A DNA stretch of 64,000 bases from Candidatus Eiseniibacteriota bacterium (GCA_005893305.1 VBOZ01000033.1:79058-143057); one strand, 5' to 3'. Positions 1 to 9,927 are shown, counted from the stretch's first letter. Notes: generated by a model from the sequence alone, not told the origin. A program made the numbers and translations.

Positions 1-326
1 TCGTCGGGATCACGTTCGCCGCGGGATGGACCCCGTGCATCGGCCCGATTCTCGCGTCGATCCTCCTCTATGCGAGCACGGCCAAGACCGTGGGGACCGG
101 AATTCTCCTGCTCAGCGTCTACTCGCTGGGGCTGGGCGTTCCGTTCCTGCTCGCCTCCCTCGGAATGAACTCGTTTTTGGCCGCATCCAGCCGCCTCCGT
201 CGTTCACTTCGCACGATCGAGGTCGTGAGCGGTGCAATTTTAATTGTCTTTGGACTCGCCCTCGTCACAAACCTCTTCTCGAACTTCGTGGCCTTCCTCG
301 CCCGCTTTCTTCCCGCGCTCGGCTGA
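1..326 (+). CDS. 3' fragment (C-terminal about 108 aa) of a CcdA/DsbD-family cytochrome c biogenesis or thiol-disulfide transporter membrane protein. The reading frame begins at nt 3 and the N-terminus lies outside the window.
   Basis: Frame 3 translation VGITFAAGWTPCIGPILASILLYASTAKTVGTGILLLSVYSLGLGVPFLLASLGMNSF... carries the conserved CcdA WTPC motif and hydrophobic helices. It is in frame with the listed 90..326 ORF, with stop TGA at 324-326. Confidence 0.7.
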   Translation, partial: VGITFAAGWTPCIGPILASILLYASTAKTVGTGILLLSVYSLGLGVPFLLASLGMNSFLAASSRLRRSLRTIEVVSGAILIVFGLALVTNLFSNFVAFLARFLPALG

Positions 327-466
327 CGCTCAGCTCTAAACATTCGCTTCAAAAAACCGATAGCTACCTCATCGGGGGGACCTGGGGGGGCTCCCTTCGA
401 TCGACAACGAAGGAACGTCCCACATCTCCCTGCGGCGGGCTCAAGCCCCGACGCACGACTGAGGCA

Positions 467-1636
467 ATGGCGACAAAAACGCGGGCAACCAACCGTCCAA
501 CCGTCGCACACGCCGCCGAAACCCTTCCGGGCGCTCTCGCGCTCCTGAACGGATTGGACCAGGTCGCGCGGTCCCTCGTTCCCTTCGAAGCGGGCGGCAC
601 CTCGCTCGCCCAAGTCGTTGAGGGAGCGCGCCGGCTCCTGAATCCGGACGGCGTCGCGATCCTGATCCGAGACAAAGACGGGGAATACACATTCATGGCG
701 GCCGAAGGGGTGCTCGCCGAGTGGAGGCAATTCGTCCTCGCGGGGAGCGGCGTCGAGCTGCTCGACGAGTTCCTGAAGCGCGACACCGTCACGCTCTTCC
801 AGCGGAAGCAGCGGACCGCGTGGGCGCGTGAATTCTTGTTCGCGGCCGGGATGAACTGGGGGGCGCTCGCCCCGATTCGCGGACAGGGCGAGATGATCGG
901 CGCCCTGCTCGTGAACCACTCGGCGGCGTTGCCGTTCCATGCCGAGCACGTCGCCGCGTTCCGGGGGCTCGCCACGCTGGCCGGGGTCGCGGCGCGCGAG
1001 GACAGCCACCGGGCGCACCTGGAAGAGCTTTTCATGAGCGTCATCGTCTCGCTCACGATGGCGCTGGAAGCGAAGGATTCGGCGACCGAGGGCCACTCGG
1101 TCCGGGTGGCCGCCTACTCCGAGGCGATCGGCAAGGAGCTGGGCCTGGGCGCGAAGGCGCTCGACGTCATCCACCGGGCCTGCCTCGTCCACGACATCGG
1201 GAAGATCGCGGTCGACGAGAACATCCTCTCGAAGCGCGACCGGCTGAACACGATGGAGCGGGAGAAGATGGACATGCATCCGCTGATCGGGGAGAGCATC
1301 CTGAGCCCCATCGAGATGCTCCGGCCGCTTCTCCCCGGCGTTCGGTCGCACCACGAACACTACGACGGGTCAGGCTATCCGGACGGGCTGGCCGGCGACG
1401 CGATTCCGATCGAGGCGCGCATCATGGCGGTCGCGGACGCGTTCGACGCGATGACCTCGAACCGGCCCTATCGGCAGGCCCTCCCCGAGGAGGAAGCGCT
1501 GGTCGAGCTGCGGCGGAACGCGGGAACCCACTTCGACCCGAAGGTCGTCGCCGCGTTCGAGCAGATCTACCCCGCCGTGAAGCGGACGCTCGAGCACATG
1601 CGGCCCCGCGCGGAGCGCGTCAGCGAGCGGGGGTGA
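467..1636 (+). CDS. GAF-domain HD-GYP phosphodiesterase (c-di-GMP-type). The probable start is ATG 467; the ORF is open from 26 but the upstream translation is low-complexity.
   Basis: HDIGKIAV ... HHEHYDGSGYPDGLAG are the HD and GYP signatures, with a GAF-like N-terminal region. It is convergent with the RsbW-like gene and overlaps its 3' end by 17 nt. Confidence 0.8.
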   Translation: MATKTRATNRPTVAHAAETLPGALALLNGLDQVARSLVPFEAGGTSLAQVVEGARRLLNPDGVAILIRDKDGEYTFMAAEGVLAEWRQFVLAGSGVELLDEFLKRDTVTLFQRKQRTAWAREFLFAAGMNWGALAPIRGQGEMIGALLVNHSAALPFHAEHVAAFRGLATLAGVAAREDSHRAHLEELFMSVIVSLTMALEAKDSATEGHSVRVAAYSEAIGKELGLGAKALDVIHRACLVHDIGKIAVDENILSKRDRLNTMEREKMDMHPLIGESILSPIEMLRPLLPGVRSHHEHYDGSGYPDGLAGDAIPIEARIMAVADAFDAMTSNRPYRQALPEEEALVELRRNAGTHFDPKVVAAFEQIYPAVKRTLEHMRPRAERVSERG

Positions 1637-2078
1637 GGCGGGCCTTGCGGAGAATGACCGTGGTGCCGTGGTCGGGGCGGGTGCGGAACGTGACCTCGTC
1701 CATGAGGGACCGCATCAGGTAGAGCCCGCGGCCGTGCGGATTCAAGAGGTGCGATTCGTCGGTCGGATTCGCCACCTTCCTCGGATCGAACCCCTCCCCG
1801 AAATCATCCACCTGAACGATGATGTCGCTGGGATGCACCGTGAAGTCGAAGGTGACCGACTTGTCGTCGGCAAAGACGTTGCCGTGCTGGATGGCGTTCG
1901 TGCCGGCCTCGATCACGGCGATCATGAGGGCGTTCTCGGCCTCGTCGCCCAATTCGTACTGCTGGGCGAGCCCCGCGATCAGGGCATGGACCATGGAGAG
2001 CTGTTCGAGACGGCTTCCGATCGTGAGGCGGATGGTGTCGCCCGAATCGCCGGATGAGTTCATGGGGGCGGCGCCCAT
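1620..2078 (-). CDS. Anti-sigma factor/serine kinase of the RsbW/SpoIIAB family (GHKL ATPase)
   Basis: E..N..IEAGTNAIQHG, DDFGEGFDP and HGRGLYLMRSL motifs are typical of the HATPase_c anti-sigma regulator kinases. Confidence 0.75.
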   Translation of the reverse strand: MGAAPMNSSGDSGDTIRLTIGSRLEQLSMVHALIAGLAQQYELGDEAENALMIAVIEAGTNAIQHGNVFADDKSVTFDFTVHPSDIIVQVDDFGEGFDPRKVANPTDESHLLNPHGRGLYLMRSLMDEVTFRTRPDHGTTVILRKARLTPAR

Positions 2079-2165
2079 GTCAATACTGTAACAGAACGGC
2101 GCGGCGCGCGGGCATCGGTTTGGGGCGCCTGGTCAGGTCTCCGGCCGGATGCGGCGCGCGGGCAC

Positions 2166-4403
2166 TCACGAATTCGCCTTCAGGGCGACCAACGTGATGT
2201 CGTCCATCTGGTCCGCGCCGTCGCTGAACCGCGTCACCTCATCCGCGATGGCGCGGATGATCTCGTCGGCGGTCAGGCGCTCGGGCAGCCGCTCCACCAG
2301 CTCTAAGAGCCGCCCCTCCCCGAAGTCCTCGCCCAGGCGATTCCGCGCGTCGGTGATCCCGTCCGTATACATGATGAGCGCGTCCCCCGGGAGAAGCGTC
2401 GTTCGCGTCTGGGCATACTGGACGCCCGGCTGAACCCCCAAGGGGATTCCCCCTTCATCGAGCGACCTGCAAATTCCGTTCGCCGAGCGGAGGATGGGGT
2501 AGTTGTGGCCCGCGTTCGAGAGGGAGACTCCGAGCCCGTCGGCTTCCACCTCCGCCAGGATGCACGTCGCGAACCGGTCGTCCGTCGTGGCGTCGTGCAC
2601 GAGGCGGTTCAGGCGCCCCATCAGCTCGCCGACCGGCTTCCGGTCCAGCGCGGAGGTGCGGATCGCGGCCTGGACCATCGACGCGAGGAGCGCCGCGGGG
2701 ACCCCTTTGCCGGCCACGTCGGCGATCGCGACCAGGTAATCCCCCCGTCCCAGATCGACCGTGTCGTAGTAGTCGCCCCCCACCGCCTTGCTCGGCGCGT
2801 TGAGGCCGGCCAGCGTGAAGCCCGGGGACAGCGGAAGGCTGCTCGGGAGAAACTGCCGCTGGATTCGCCGCGCGACCGCGAGCTCTTCCTCGAGGATCTT
2901 CTTCTCCAGGCTGTCCCGATAGAGGAACGTGGTCGTGACCGCGACGCTCGTCTGGTTCGTCAAGGTCGCGAGGAGCGAGGTCTCGGCGGCCGTGTAGCGC
3001 GTCTCCGTGATCTTCCGGCCCAGGGCCACGAGCCCGAGGAAATTTCCTCCGTACCGAAGCGGAAGGATCAGATACGGCTCGGTCTCGAAGAGCGGCGCCA
3101 AGGGACCTTGAAGCGCGCGATCCTCGGCTAGGGAACGGGCCTCCTTGCCGCGGAGCAGGTCCGTATCGTCGAGAAGCCTCAAGAGCGCCTCACGCGGGAT
3201 CGCGCCGATCGCCTCCAGATCCACCCGGCCCCCAAAGCCCCAGGCCGAGTGCTGCCTCCGGTCGGGCGCGACCAGGAGCACGGTCGTGCGCGCGGGCAAC
3301 CCCTCGCGGAGAGCGTTCAGGAGCTTTTCGGCCAGGGTGTCCAGGTCGAGCACCGTGAGCATCTCGCCGCTCATCCTCCGGACGATCGTCCGAAAGTCGC
3401 CCTTGTCGCGCAGGAAGTAGCGATCGAGCGCCTCCTCCAGCCAGGAGAAGAGCGGCTGGAACAGGACCAGCGCGAGCATGAGGAACGCCGTTTGAAAGAT
3501 CGTGGTGTCGACGCCCGCGACCGTCTCGATCAGCGCGTCGAGGCGGCGGACGATGAGCATGTACACGCTCAGAAGAAAGGCGAGGGTGACGGAGTAGAGA
3601 ATCGATTTTCGCGCGATCAGGTTCGCGTCGAGGAAGCGGTAGCGCACCATCGAGTAGGCGATCGCGACGGATCCCACGACGAGCGCCACCACGATCAGGG
3701 TCGAGCGCACGACGGGGGGCCAGAACGTGTTGAAGAGCGCGGGGATCGGCACCGCGACGGCGTAGAGTCCGGCGCACGCGGAGAGCCCGTAGAAGATCGT
3801 GCGGACCTGCGCCCGGATTCTCGGGTTCTCGCTCCGGCGCCAGCTGTTCCAGAGAATGGTGAGCGCCGCCGCGATGTAGGCCAGGTTCACCAGCGAGAAG
3901 AGGATCTGGTGGAACCGGAAGATCAGCTCGAACGGGAGCCGGCCGTACTCGATCGCCTTGGCTCCGGCGGGATTCTGCGCGAGCTTCGCGGCAACCTGCC
4001 CCCAGAGCGCCCCCTGTCCCTGGAGGATCATGAGAATCAGGTGGAACAGGTGCGGGGCGAAAATCCAGAGCGACGCGAACGGGATCCGCCGGAAGAGCCG
4101 GTTCTCCTTGGGGAAGACGCACGCGAAAAAGAGGAGCGAGGGGAAGAAGAACTCCCAGATGTAATTGAACGAGCGGAGAATGTCGTTCGACCCGGCCTTG
4201 TTCGGTCCCATGCTGTTCAGCACGATCCCGATCGCGCCGAGCACCGAGCCGACCCCGCCCGAGAAGAGCATCAGCGCCGTGGCGCGATTGGCCCGCTCGC
4301 GCGGCGCCTCGCGGAGGATGATGATTCCCAGGAATAGGACCAGGGCGCCGACCACGAGGTAGGCCAGTGCGATCGGCGCGTTGCCTAAGGCGCCCACGTT
4401 CAT
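2166..4403 (-). CDS. Membrane-anchored PP2C/SpoIIE-type serine phosphatase (RsbU-like) with an N-terminal multi-TM sensor region and a central GAF-like domain
   Basis: The N-terminal 350 aa is highly hydrophobic with about 7-8 TM segments. The C-terminus has GGDYYDTVDLGRGDYLVAIADVAGKGVPAALLASM ... DGITD, the PP2C metal-binding motifs. Its stop overlaps the sppA stop region by 4 nt. Confidence 0.8.
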   Translation of the reverse strand: MNVGALGNAPIALAYLVVGALVLFLGIIILREAPRERANRATALMLFSGGVGSVLGAIGIVLNSMGPNKAGSNDILRSFNYIWEFFFPSLLFFACVFPKENRLFRRIPFASLWIFAPHLFHLILMILQGQGALWGQVAAKLAQNPAGAKAIEYGRLPFELIFRFHQILFSLVNLAYIAAALTILWNSWRRSENPRIRAQVRTIFYGLSACAGLYAVAVPIPALFNTFWPPVVRSTLIVVALVVGSVAIAYSMVRYRFLDANLIARKSILYSVTLAFLLSVYMLIVRRLDALIETVAGVDTTIFQTAFLMLALVLFQPLFSWLEEALDRYFLRDKGDFRTIVRRMSGEMLTVLDLDTLAEKLLNALREGLPARTTVLLVAPDRRQHSAWGFGGRVDLEAIGAIPREALLRLLDDTDLLRGKEARSLAEDRALQGPLAPLFETEPYLILPLRYGGNFLGLVALGRKITETRYTAAETSLLATLTNQTSVAVTTTFLYRDSLEKKILEEELAVARRIQRQFLPSSLPLSPGFTLAGLNAPSKAVGGDYYDTVDLGRGDYLVAIADVAGKGVPAALLASMVQAAIRTSALDRKPVGELMGRLNRLVHDATTDDRFATCILAEVEADGLGVSLSNAGHNYPILRSANGICRSLDEGGIPLGVQPGVQYAQTRTTLLPGDALIMYTDGITDARNRLGEDFGEGRLLELVERLPERLTADEIIRAIADEVTRFSDGADQMDDITLVALKANS

Positions 4404-6916
4404 GGGACAGCTTCAAGCTCCGAGGGAAGTACCGAGCCCGGGATCAGGAGGAGCGGCCGGCCCGGCTGGTCCAGGATCGCCTGCAGTACCCGCGCCTCGT
4501 AGCTAAGACCCGGGGCGCTGAGCGGCAAGGTGCCGGCGGCGGCGTTCGCCCTAGCCGCGGGGCCGAGTACGCCTCTCAGGAACATCGGGAGCCGGAAGAG
4601 CGGCGCCTTCGGGTACTCGACGACTTGCACGTTCCGCTTCTCCGGAATTCCCGCCGCGCGCTTCGCGGCCTCGATCGTCTCATCGAGCGTGGCGACGCGA
4701 TCCACCAGGCGATTCTCGACCGCCGGGCGCCCCAGGTAGATCCGCCCCTCGCCGAGCTCGCGCACGCGCGCGACGTCGAGCCTCCGCGCGGACGCCACCT
4801 TCTGGGTGAAATCGTCATAGAGCTCCGCGAACGAGCGCTCGATCTGCTTTCGCTCGGCCGCGTCGAGGTTTCGCTCCGGGAGGGTCGCGCCGAGAATCGG
4901 GAGCCGGATGCCGCCCAGGAGGTCCGCGCTCTTTCCGACTTGGACGCGATCCGATGAGAAGCCGGTTTTCTCTCCAAAGCCCTCGTTCCAGGCCCAGCCG
5001 CCGATCACCCCGATCGAGCCGGTGACGGTGAACGGCGTGGTGGTGATCGTATCGGCGTCCATGCTGATCCAGTAGCCGCCGCTCCCGGCCACGCGGCCCT
5101 GGCTGACAAAGACCGGTTTCCTCGCCGCCTTGAGCGCGCGAATCTCCCCCGCGACGAGATCGGACGCGAGAGGATCGCCGCCGGGGGAATCGGCGCGCAT
5201 GACCACGGCCTTCACGTCGCGGTTCTCGCGGAGCTGCCGGATCGCCTTGGAGCTCGCGCGCGCCTTGATGCCGTCGTCCATGGCGCACTCGCCGATCGCA
5301 TAGACGAGCGCGAGCGTGGGCTTGGGCCCCCACTCCTCGTCGGGGCGCCACCTGCGCTCCAGAAGGGTCGGGTAGGAGGCGAGCCTGGCCCGCCGCCCGC
5401 CCACCATCTTCACGACCGCCTTCACGCTGTCCGCGCGGCCCAGCGCATCCACCCACTTGAGCTCGAGGAGGCGGCTCGCATAGAGAAACGGCTCCTCGTT
5501 CACGACCCGATCGAAGTCCTCGCGCGTGGCGCGCCCCGATTGGGCGACCCCGTTCGCGAGCTCGGCATAGGCGTCGTCGGCTACCGCTTGGAGCTGCTCT
5601 CGATCCGCCGCGGACATGTTGTCGCGGGAGAACGCCTCCAGCGCCGACTTGTATTTGTAGAAGCGCCATTCGTCGAAACCCACTCCCAGCTTGGCGAGTA
5701 GTCCCTTCATGTAGGTGCGGGAGATCTGGATTCCCGGCATCAGGAGGGATCCGCGCGGATCCATCACCAGACGGTCCGCGACCGAGGCCAGGTAGAGCTT
5801 CCCGAGGTTCAGATTGTCGGCGTAGACGATCACCTTCTTTCCACGCTGCTTGAGGGCGAGAAGTTTCTCCCGGATTTCCCAGAGCATGGCCGGGTTCGCC
5901 TCGAGGCCGGAGAGATTGAGGACGACGCCCCCGACCGTCGGGTCGTCGATCGCGAACTCGATCCGCTCGGTCAAGCCGCGGAGGGAGATCGTGCCGGGGT
6001 CCCAGTAGCGGTACGCCTGGTAGGCCACCCGGCCCTTGAGATCAATCTCCACGAAGCGCCGCTTGCTATTTCGCTTCCCGTCGAGGTCGAAACCCTTGAT
6101 GGGCGGATTCAGCCGGATCGCGTAGCGCGTCGCGCCGAGGTTCGCGTCCTTGTCGAAGTGGGGCGTGGCCCGGAACCCGGCCCGATCGAGCACGACGCCT
6201 ACGGTCACCTGGAATCGATCCTGGTCGCCGTATCGAATGGCCGCCTGGAGGCCGGGAATCGGGCGCACCTCGATCCCGCCCGCGAGCGGCCCGTCGTCCC
6301 ACCGCTCGCCGCGGCTCAGCGAATAGTCGCCGAAGATCGTGATCCTCGCGTCGCTGAGGGGACGAATTCCGACGTCGACCCCGGCGTCGTGATCGCCGCC
6401 CTGAAGCGCGATCCGCCCCGTGGTGCCGAAGGAGAGCCATCGTGTGGGGCGCGCGATATCGCCGGCCGCGAAGTAGTTCTGCCGCGCGAACGCGCCCTTG
6501 CCGGGACCCGAGAACCCGAGGGCCATGCCCTCGAAATGCCTGCCCGATCCGCTCCCGAATCCGATCTGATAGTCGGTCACGTTCCGCGCGCCGCCGGGGA
6601 ATTGCCGGTCGTGGCGCCGGAGCGTGAAGCCGAGTCCCGCTCCCGCGGTGACGCCCCACTGGTCCATGTGATTCGGCCGGACGTTTTCATCCGACCAGAA
6701 GAAGGAAAGCTCCGGCTTCTCGAGGACTCCCCACTGCGCCGGGTTGAACATCGCCCCGATCGCGCCGTCGTCGGTCGAGGGAGAAGTCGAGAGAACGTCG
6801 GACTCCTCCGCGTAGGGGGCGAGCCCCTCCCAGGCGGCAGCGCGACCGGTGGTGGCGAGGAATAGGATCGCCGTGGCGACGACGGCGCGGGCGAACGCTG
6901 AGCGTGGTCTCATCAT
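4400..6916 (-). CDS. sppA: Signal peptide peptidase SppA (S49, 67K-type with two tandem peptidase domains) carrying a signal peptide and an unusual ~270-aa Gly/Asp-rich N-terminal extension. The ORF is open to 7435 but the best start is ATGATG at 6916.
   Basis: MMRPRSAFARAVVATAILFLATTGRAAA is a signal peptide. GSGGYWISMDADTI and other S49 motifs appear twice. A 4-nt overlap with upstream terC supports the 6916 start. Confidence 0.75.
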   Translation of the reverse strand: MMRPRSAFARAVVATAILFLATTGRAAAWEGLAPYAEESDVLSTSPSTDDGAIGAMFNPAQWGVLEKPELSFFWSDENVRPNHMDQWGVTAGAGLGFTLRRHDRQFPGGARNVTDYQIGFGSGSGRHFEGMALGFSGPGKGAFARQNYFAAGDIARPTRWLSFGTTGRIALQGGDHDAGVDVGIRPLSDARITIFGDYSLSRGERWDDGPLAGGIEVRPIPGLQAAIRYGDQDRFQVTVGVVLDRAGFRATPHFDKDANLGATRYAIRLNPPIKGFDLDGKRNSKRRFVEIDLKGRVAYQAYRYWDPGTISLRGLTERIEFAIDDPTVGGVVLNLSGLEANPAMLWEIREKLLALKQRGKKVIVYADNLNLGKLYLASVADRLVMDPRGSLLMPGIQISRTYMKGLLAKLGVGFDEWRFYKYKSALEAFSRDNMSAADREQLQAVADDAYAELANGVAQSGRATREDFDRVVNEEPFLYASRLLELKWVDALGRADSVKAVVKMVGGRRARLASYPTLLERRWRPDEEWGPKPTLALVYAIGECAMDDGIKARASSKAIRQLRENRDVKAVVMRADSPGGDPLASDLVAGEIRALKAARKPVFVSQGRVAGSGGYWISMDADTITTTPFTVTGSIGVIGGWAWNEGFGEKTGFSSDRVQVGKSADLLGGIRLPILGATLPERNLDAAERKQIERSFAELYDDFTQKVASARRLDVARVRELGEGRIYLGRPAVENRLVDRVATLDETIEAAKRAAGIPEKRNVQVVEYPKAPLFRLPMFLRGVLGPAARANAAAGTLPLSAPGLSYEARVLQAILDQPGRPLLLIPGSVLPSELEAVP

Positions 6917-7644
6917 TCCACCATGTCCTGTGCCTTTCCTGCCGAGTGCTTGACTCCCGGCTTGGCCCGCTTCGCGTAGATCGCGCTCGCCCCGAACAAC
7001 ACGAGCATGACGGTGATCGAGAGCCACCGCGGAATCTCCCAGCCGATGACGTGAATGCCGTGGAGGTACTCGATCAGGAGCTTGACGCCGACCCACGCGA
7101 CGATGACGTAGGCGCCGTCGACGATCGACGGGAACGATCGGACGATCCCAAGGAGCTGTCCGATCAGGACGCGCATCGCGATGATCCCGAGAACGCCGCC
7201 GCTGATGATGACCCATATCTTGCGCGACATCGCGATCGCGACGAGGATCGAATCGATCGCGAAGACGATGTCGGTCAGCTCGACCCGCACGACCGTGCTC
7301 CAGAACGCGGTGAGGCCGAGAATCGTCGCGATCGCCTTCGGCGTTCCCCGTTTCGATTCGTCGGGATGGTGCCAGAAATGCCTCGCCGGCAGATAGAGCA
7401 GGTAGGCCGCGCCCACCAGCTTCACCCACTCCCAATGGATGATGTAAACGGCGAACAACGTTGCCACGATCCGGAAGCCAACCGCCCCCACGATCCCGTA
7501 CCGGAGCGCCCGCTTCTGCTTCTCGACCGGGAGCGGGAGGACGAGGACCGCCAGGACCAGGGCGTTGTCGGCGCTCAGCGCGGCCTCGAGGAGGACAAGG
7601 AGGCCGATCGTGAGGAAATCGGTGGGCTCGACGTTGAAATGCAT
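6913..7644 (-). CDS. TerC-family integral membrane protein
   Basis: SADNALVLAVLV motif and a 7-TM hydrophobic profile; it is first in the operon with sppA. Confidence 0.8.
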   Translation of the reverse strand: MHFNVEPTDFLTIGLLVLLEAALSADNALVLAVLVLPLPVEKQKRALRYGIVGAVGFRIVATLFAVYIIHWEWVKLVGAAYLLYLPARHFWHHPDESKRGTPKAIATILGLTAFWSTVVRVELTDIVFAIDSILVAIAMSRKIWVIISGGVLGIIAMRVLIGQLLGIVRSFPSIVDGAYVIVAWVGVKLLIEYLHGIHVIGWEIPRWLSITVMLVLFGASAIYAKRAKPGVKHSAGKAQDMVE

Positions 7645-7739
7645 GGAGAGGGGACTCTACCCCAAACCGTAGAGGTCCGGCGACCCTGGTGCTAGGGTTT
7701 GGCGACCCCGCTGCTAGGGCTTGGCGCCGTTCGGTGCCG

Positions 7740-9893
7740 CTAGGACTTACGACTGCCGATGGCGCCGAGCGCGGCGGGGATGTACATCAGCTCGACGTAC
7801 TCTTTCATCATTCGCCGGCCCGAAAAGGCGGGCGTGACGGTCCGGATCGCCTGCCGTACCACCTCGAGCCATCCGCGCGGGATGTCGCCGGAATCTCGAT
7901 CGTAGTAGAGCGGCACGATCGTCTCCTCGATCAGCCTGTATAGCTCGGCGGCATCGCGGGCGTCGGCATCCGGCGCCTCGGCGTCGCCGCCGAAAGCCCA
8001 GCCGTTCGCGCGTCCCGCGGCCTCTGCCCACCAGCCATCCAAGATGCTCACGCTGGGAACGCCGTTGATTCCCGCCTTCATCCCGCTTGTCCCGGATGCC
8101 TCCTGCGGGGCGCGCGGATTATTGAGCCAGAGATCGACGCCCTGCGTGAGCCAATGCGCAGCGTGCATGTCGTAGTCCTCGAGGAACGCCACGCGGCCGG
8201 CCGCGGCCGGATCGCGCGCGGCCCGATAGACCGATTGAAGAATCTCCTTCCCCTGCTCGTCGGCCGGGTGCGCCTTCCCGGCGAAGATGATCTGGACCGG
8301 CCTCCGCTCATTCGTGAGGATCGCGTGGAGCCTGGCGGGATCGCGGAGGATCAAGCCCGCGCGCTTGTACGTGGCGAAGCGCCGGGCGAAGCCGATCGTC
8401 AGCGCCCCGGGATCGAGGAGCGACCCGAGCGCGACGGCCTGACCGGGATCGGCGTGGCTCGCGGCCCATCGTTGGCGGACTCGATCGCGCAGGAAGCGAA
8501 AAAGGCCGGCCTTGAGCCTCCGCCTGACCTCCCAGAGCGCCTCGTCCGGGATCGCCGACACGCGCTCCCATAGGGCCGGATCGTCGTGCCGCTCGATCCA
8601 GTCCTCGGCAACGTGGCGCTTGTGGAGGCGATCGATGTCGCCCGCGATCCAGGTCGGCACGTGCACGCCGTTGGTGATCGACGCGATCGGTACCTGATCC
8701 ACGGGGAGCCCCGGCCAGAGGTCCTGCCACATCGCGCGCGCGACCTCGCCGTGCTTCCGGCTCACCGCGTTCACGCGCCCGCTCAGCCGGAGCGCGAGTG
8801 CGGTCATGTTGAACGCGGGACCCCACGCCGCCGGGTGGGTGGCCATGCTGTAGAGCCGCTCGCGGTATGCGTCGATGACGGCGCCGTATTCTCCGAGGCG
8901 CGAGACGTAGTTCTCGACGAGCGGGAAGGGGAAGGCGTCGTTGCCCGCGGGAACGGGCGTGTGCGTCGTGAAGATCGTGGTGGCGCGCACCTCCTCCACA
9001 GCGCGGTCGAAGTCGACCCCGGCGCGGAGCCGCTCGCGGAGTCGCTCCACCATCATGAGCGCCGTGTGGCCTTCGTTCCCGTGCCAGACCGTGGGTTTCA
9101 CGCCGAGCGCGCGCAGCATCCGCACTCCGCCGACGCCGAGCACGATCTCTTGAAGGAATCGCGCGTTTTGGTCCCCACCGTAAAGCCGCCCGGTCAGCTC
9201 CCGATCCCAGGGTGCGTTGCCGTCGAGGTCGGTGTCGAGCAGGTAGAGGACGCTCCTACCGATCAGGACCTTCCACGCCGCCACCTGAAGCATGCGGTCG
9301 GGCAGCGTCAGGCTGACCCGGATCGGCTTGCCGTCGGCGGTGGTCACGGGGGCGACGGGAACCTGTCCGCGATCGATTTGCTCGTAGACCTCCTCCTGCC
9401 TGCCTTCCGGGTTCACGTACTGGCGGAAGTATCCCTGCGGGTACATGAAGCCGATTCCGACGAGGGGAATTCCGAGGTCGCTCGCCTCTTTGGTGATATC
9501 GCCGGCCAGGACACCAAGCCCGCCCGCATAGAGCGGGAGCGAGTTGTGGATGCCGTACTCCGCGGAGAAGAACGCGAGCGTGCATCCCGAGACCGCGGGG
9601 TGACGCTCGGCGCACCAGTTTTTGTCGCCGCGGATCGCTGCGTCGAACGCTTTCATCACCGTTTCGTAGCGGCGCAGGATCTCCGGGTCGGCCGCGGCGA
9701 GGACCAGGCGCTCGGCGGCGATCTCGTGGAGGAAGCGCACCGGGTTGTGCCGGGTCTCCCGCCAAAGCGTCTCGTCGAGCGCGCGAAAGAAGTCTCGCGC
9801 CTCGAGGTGCCAGGACCACCACAGGTTCTGGGCCAGCTCGGGGAGTCGTTCCAAGGCTGTCGGCATCGTTCGCATAGCGCGAAAGAGTGCCAC
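7740..9893 (-). CDS. glgP: Alpha-glucan (glycogen/maltodextrin) phosphorylase, GT35, short bacterial GlgP type
   Basis: 717 aa; a pyridoxal-phosphate lysine region TSGMKAGINGVPSVSILDGWW; overall GT35 architecture. Confidence 0.85.
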   Translation of the reverse strand: MALFRAMRTMPTALERLPELAQNLWWSWHLEARDFFRALDETLWRETRHNPVRFLHEIAAERLVLAAADPEILRRYETVMKAFDAAIRGDKNWCAERHPAVSGCTLAFFSAEYGIHNSLPLYAGGLGVLAGDITKEASDLGIPLVGIGFMYPQGYFRQYVNPEGRQEEVYEQIDRGQVPVAPVTTADGKPIRVSLTLPDRMLQVAAWKVLIGRSVLYLLDTDLDGNAPWDRELTGRLYGGDQNARFLQEIVLGVGGVRMLRALGVKPTVWHGNEGHTALMMVERLRERLRAGVDFDRAVEEVRATTIFTTHTPVPAGNDAFPFPLVENYVSRLGEYGAVIDAYRERLYSMATHPAAWGPAFNMTALALRLSGRVNAVSRKHGEVARAMWQDLWPGLPVDQVPIASITNGVHVPTWIAGDIDRLHKRHVAEDWIERHDDPALWERVSAIPDEALWEVRRRLKAGLFRFLRDRVRQRWAASHADPGQAVALGSLLDPGALTIGFARRFATYKRAGLILRDPARLHAILTNERRPVQIIFAGKAHPADEQGKEILQSVYRAARDPAAAGRVAFLEDYDMHAAHWLTQGVDLWLNNPRAPQEASGTSGMKAGINGVPSVSILDGWWAEAAGRANGWAFGGDAEAPDADARDAAELYRLIEETIVPLYYDRDSGDIPRGWLEVVRQAIRTVTPAFSGRRMMKEYVELMYIPAALGAIGSRKS

Positions 9894-9927
9894 AGAAGAG
9901 GGCCGCGGCGCTAGACTTCCGGCCCCT

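Noticed and set aside
3190-4416. Many long ORFs antisense to, or frame-shifted against, real genes. Examples: 3190-4416, 3249-4337, 13417-14253, 15159-16820, 15271-16428, 21590-23197, 26037-28034, 28139-29809, 33927-35081, 35491-37374, 37608-38654, 48346-50037, 50545-52509, 57661-59634.
   Set aside because: Their translations are Arg/Gly/Pro/Asp-rich low-complexity sequence, as expected for shadow ORFs in ~70% GC DNA, and each overlaps a gene with clear family signatures.
9894-9927. Possible overlapping divergent promoters in the 34-bp glgP-malQ gap
   Set aside because: The gap is too short to place two conventional promoters. The promoters probably lie within the coding 5' ends, or one start codon is mis-chosen. 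Nothing decisive can be said from the sequence.
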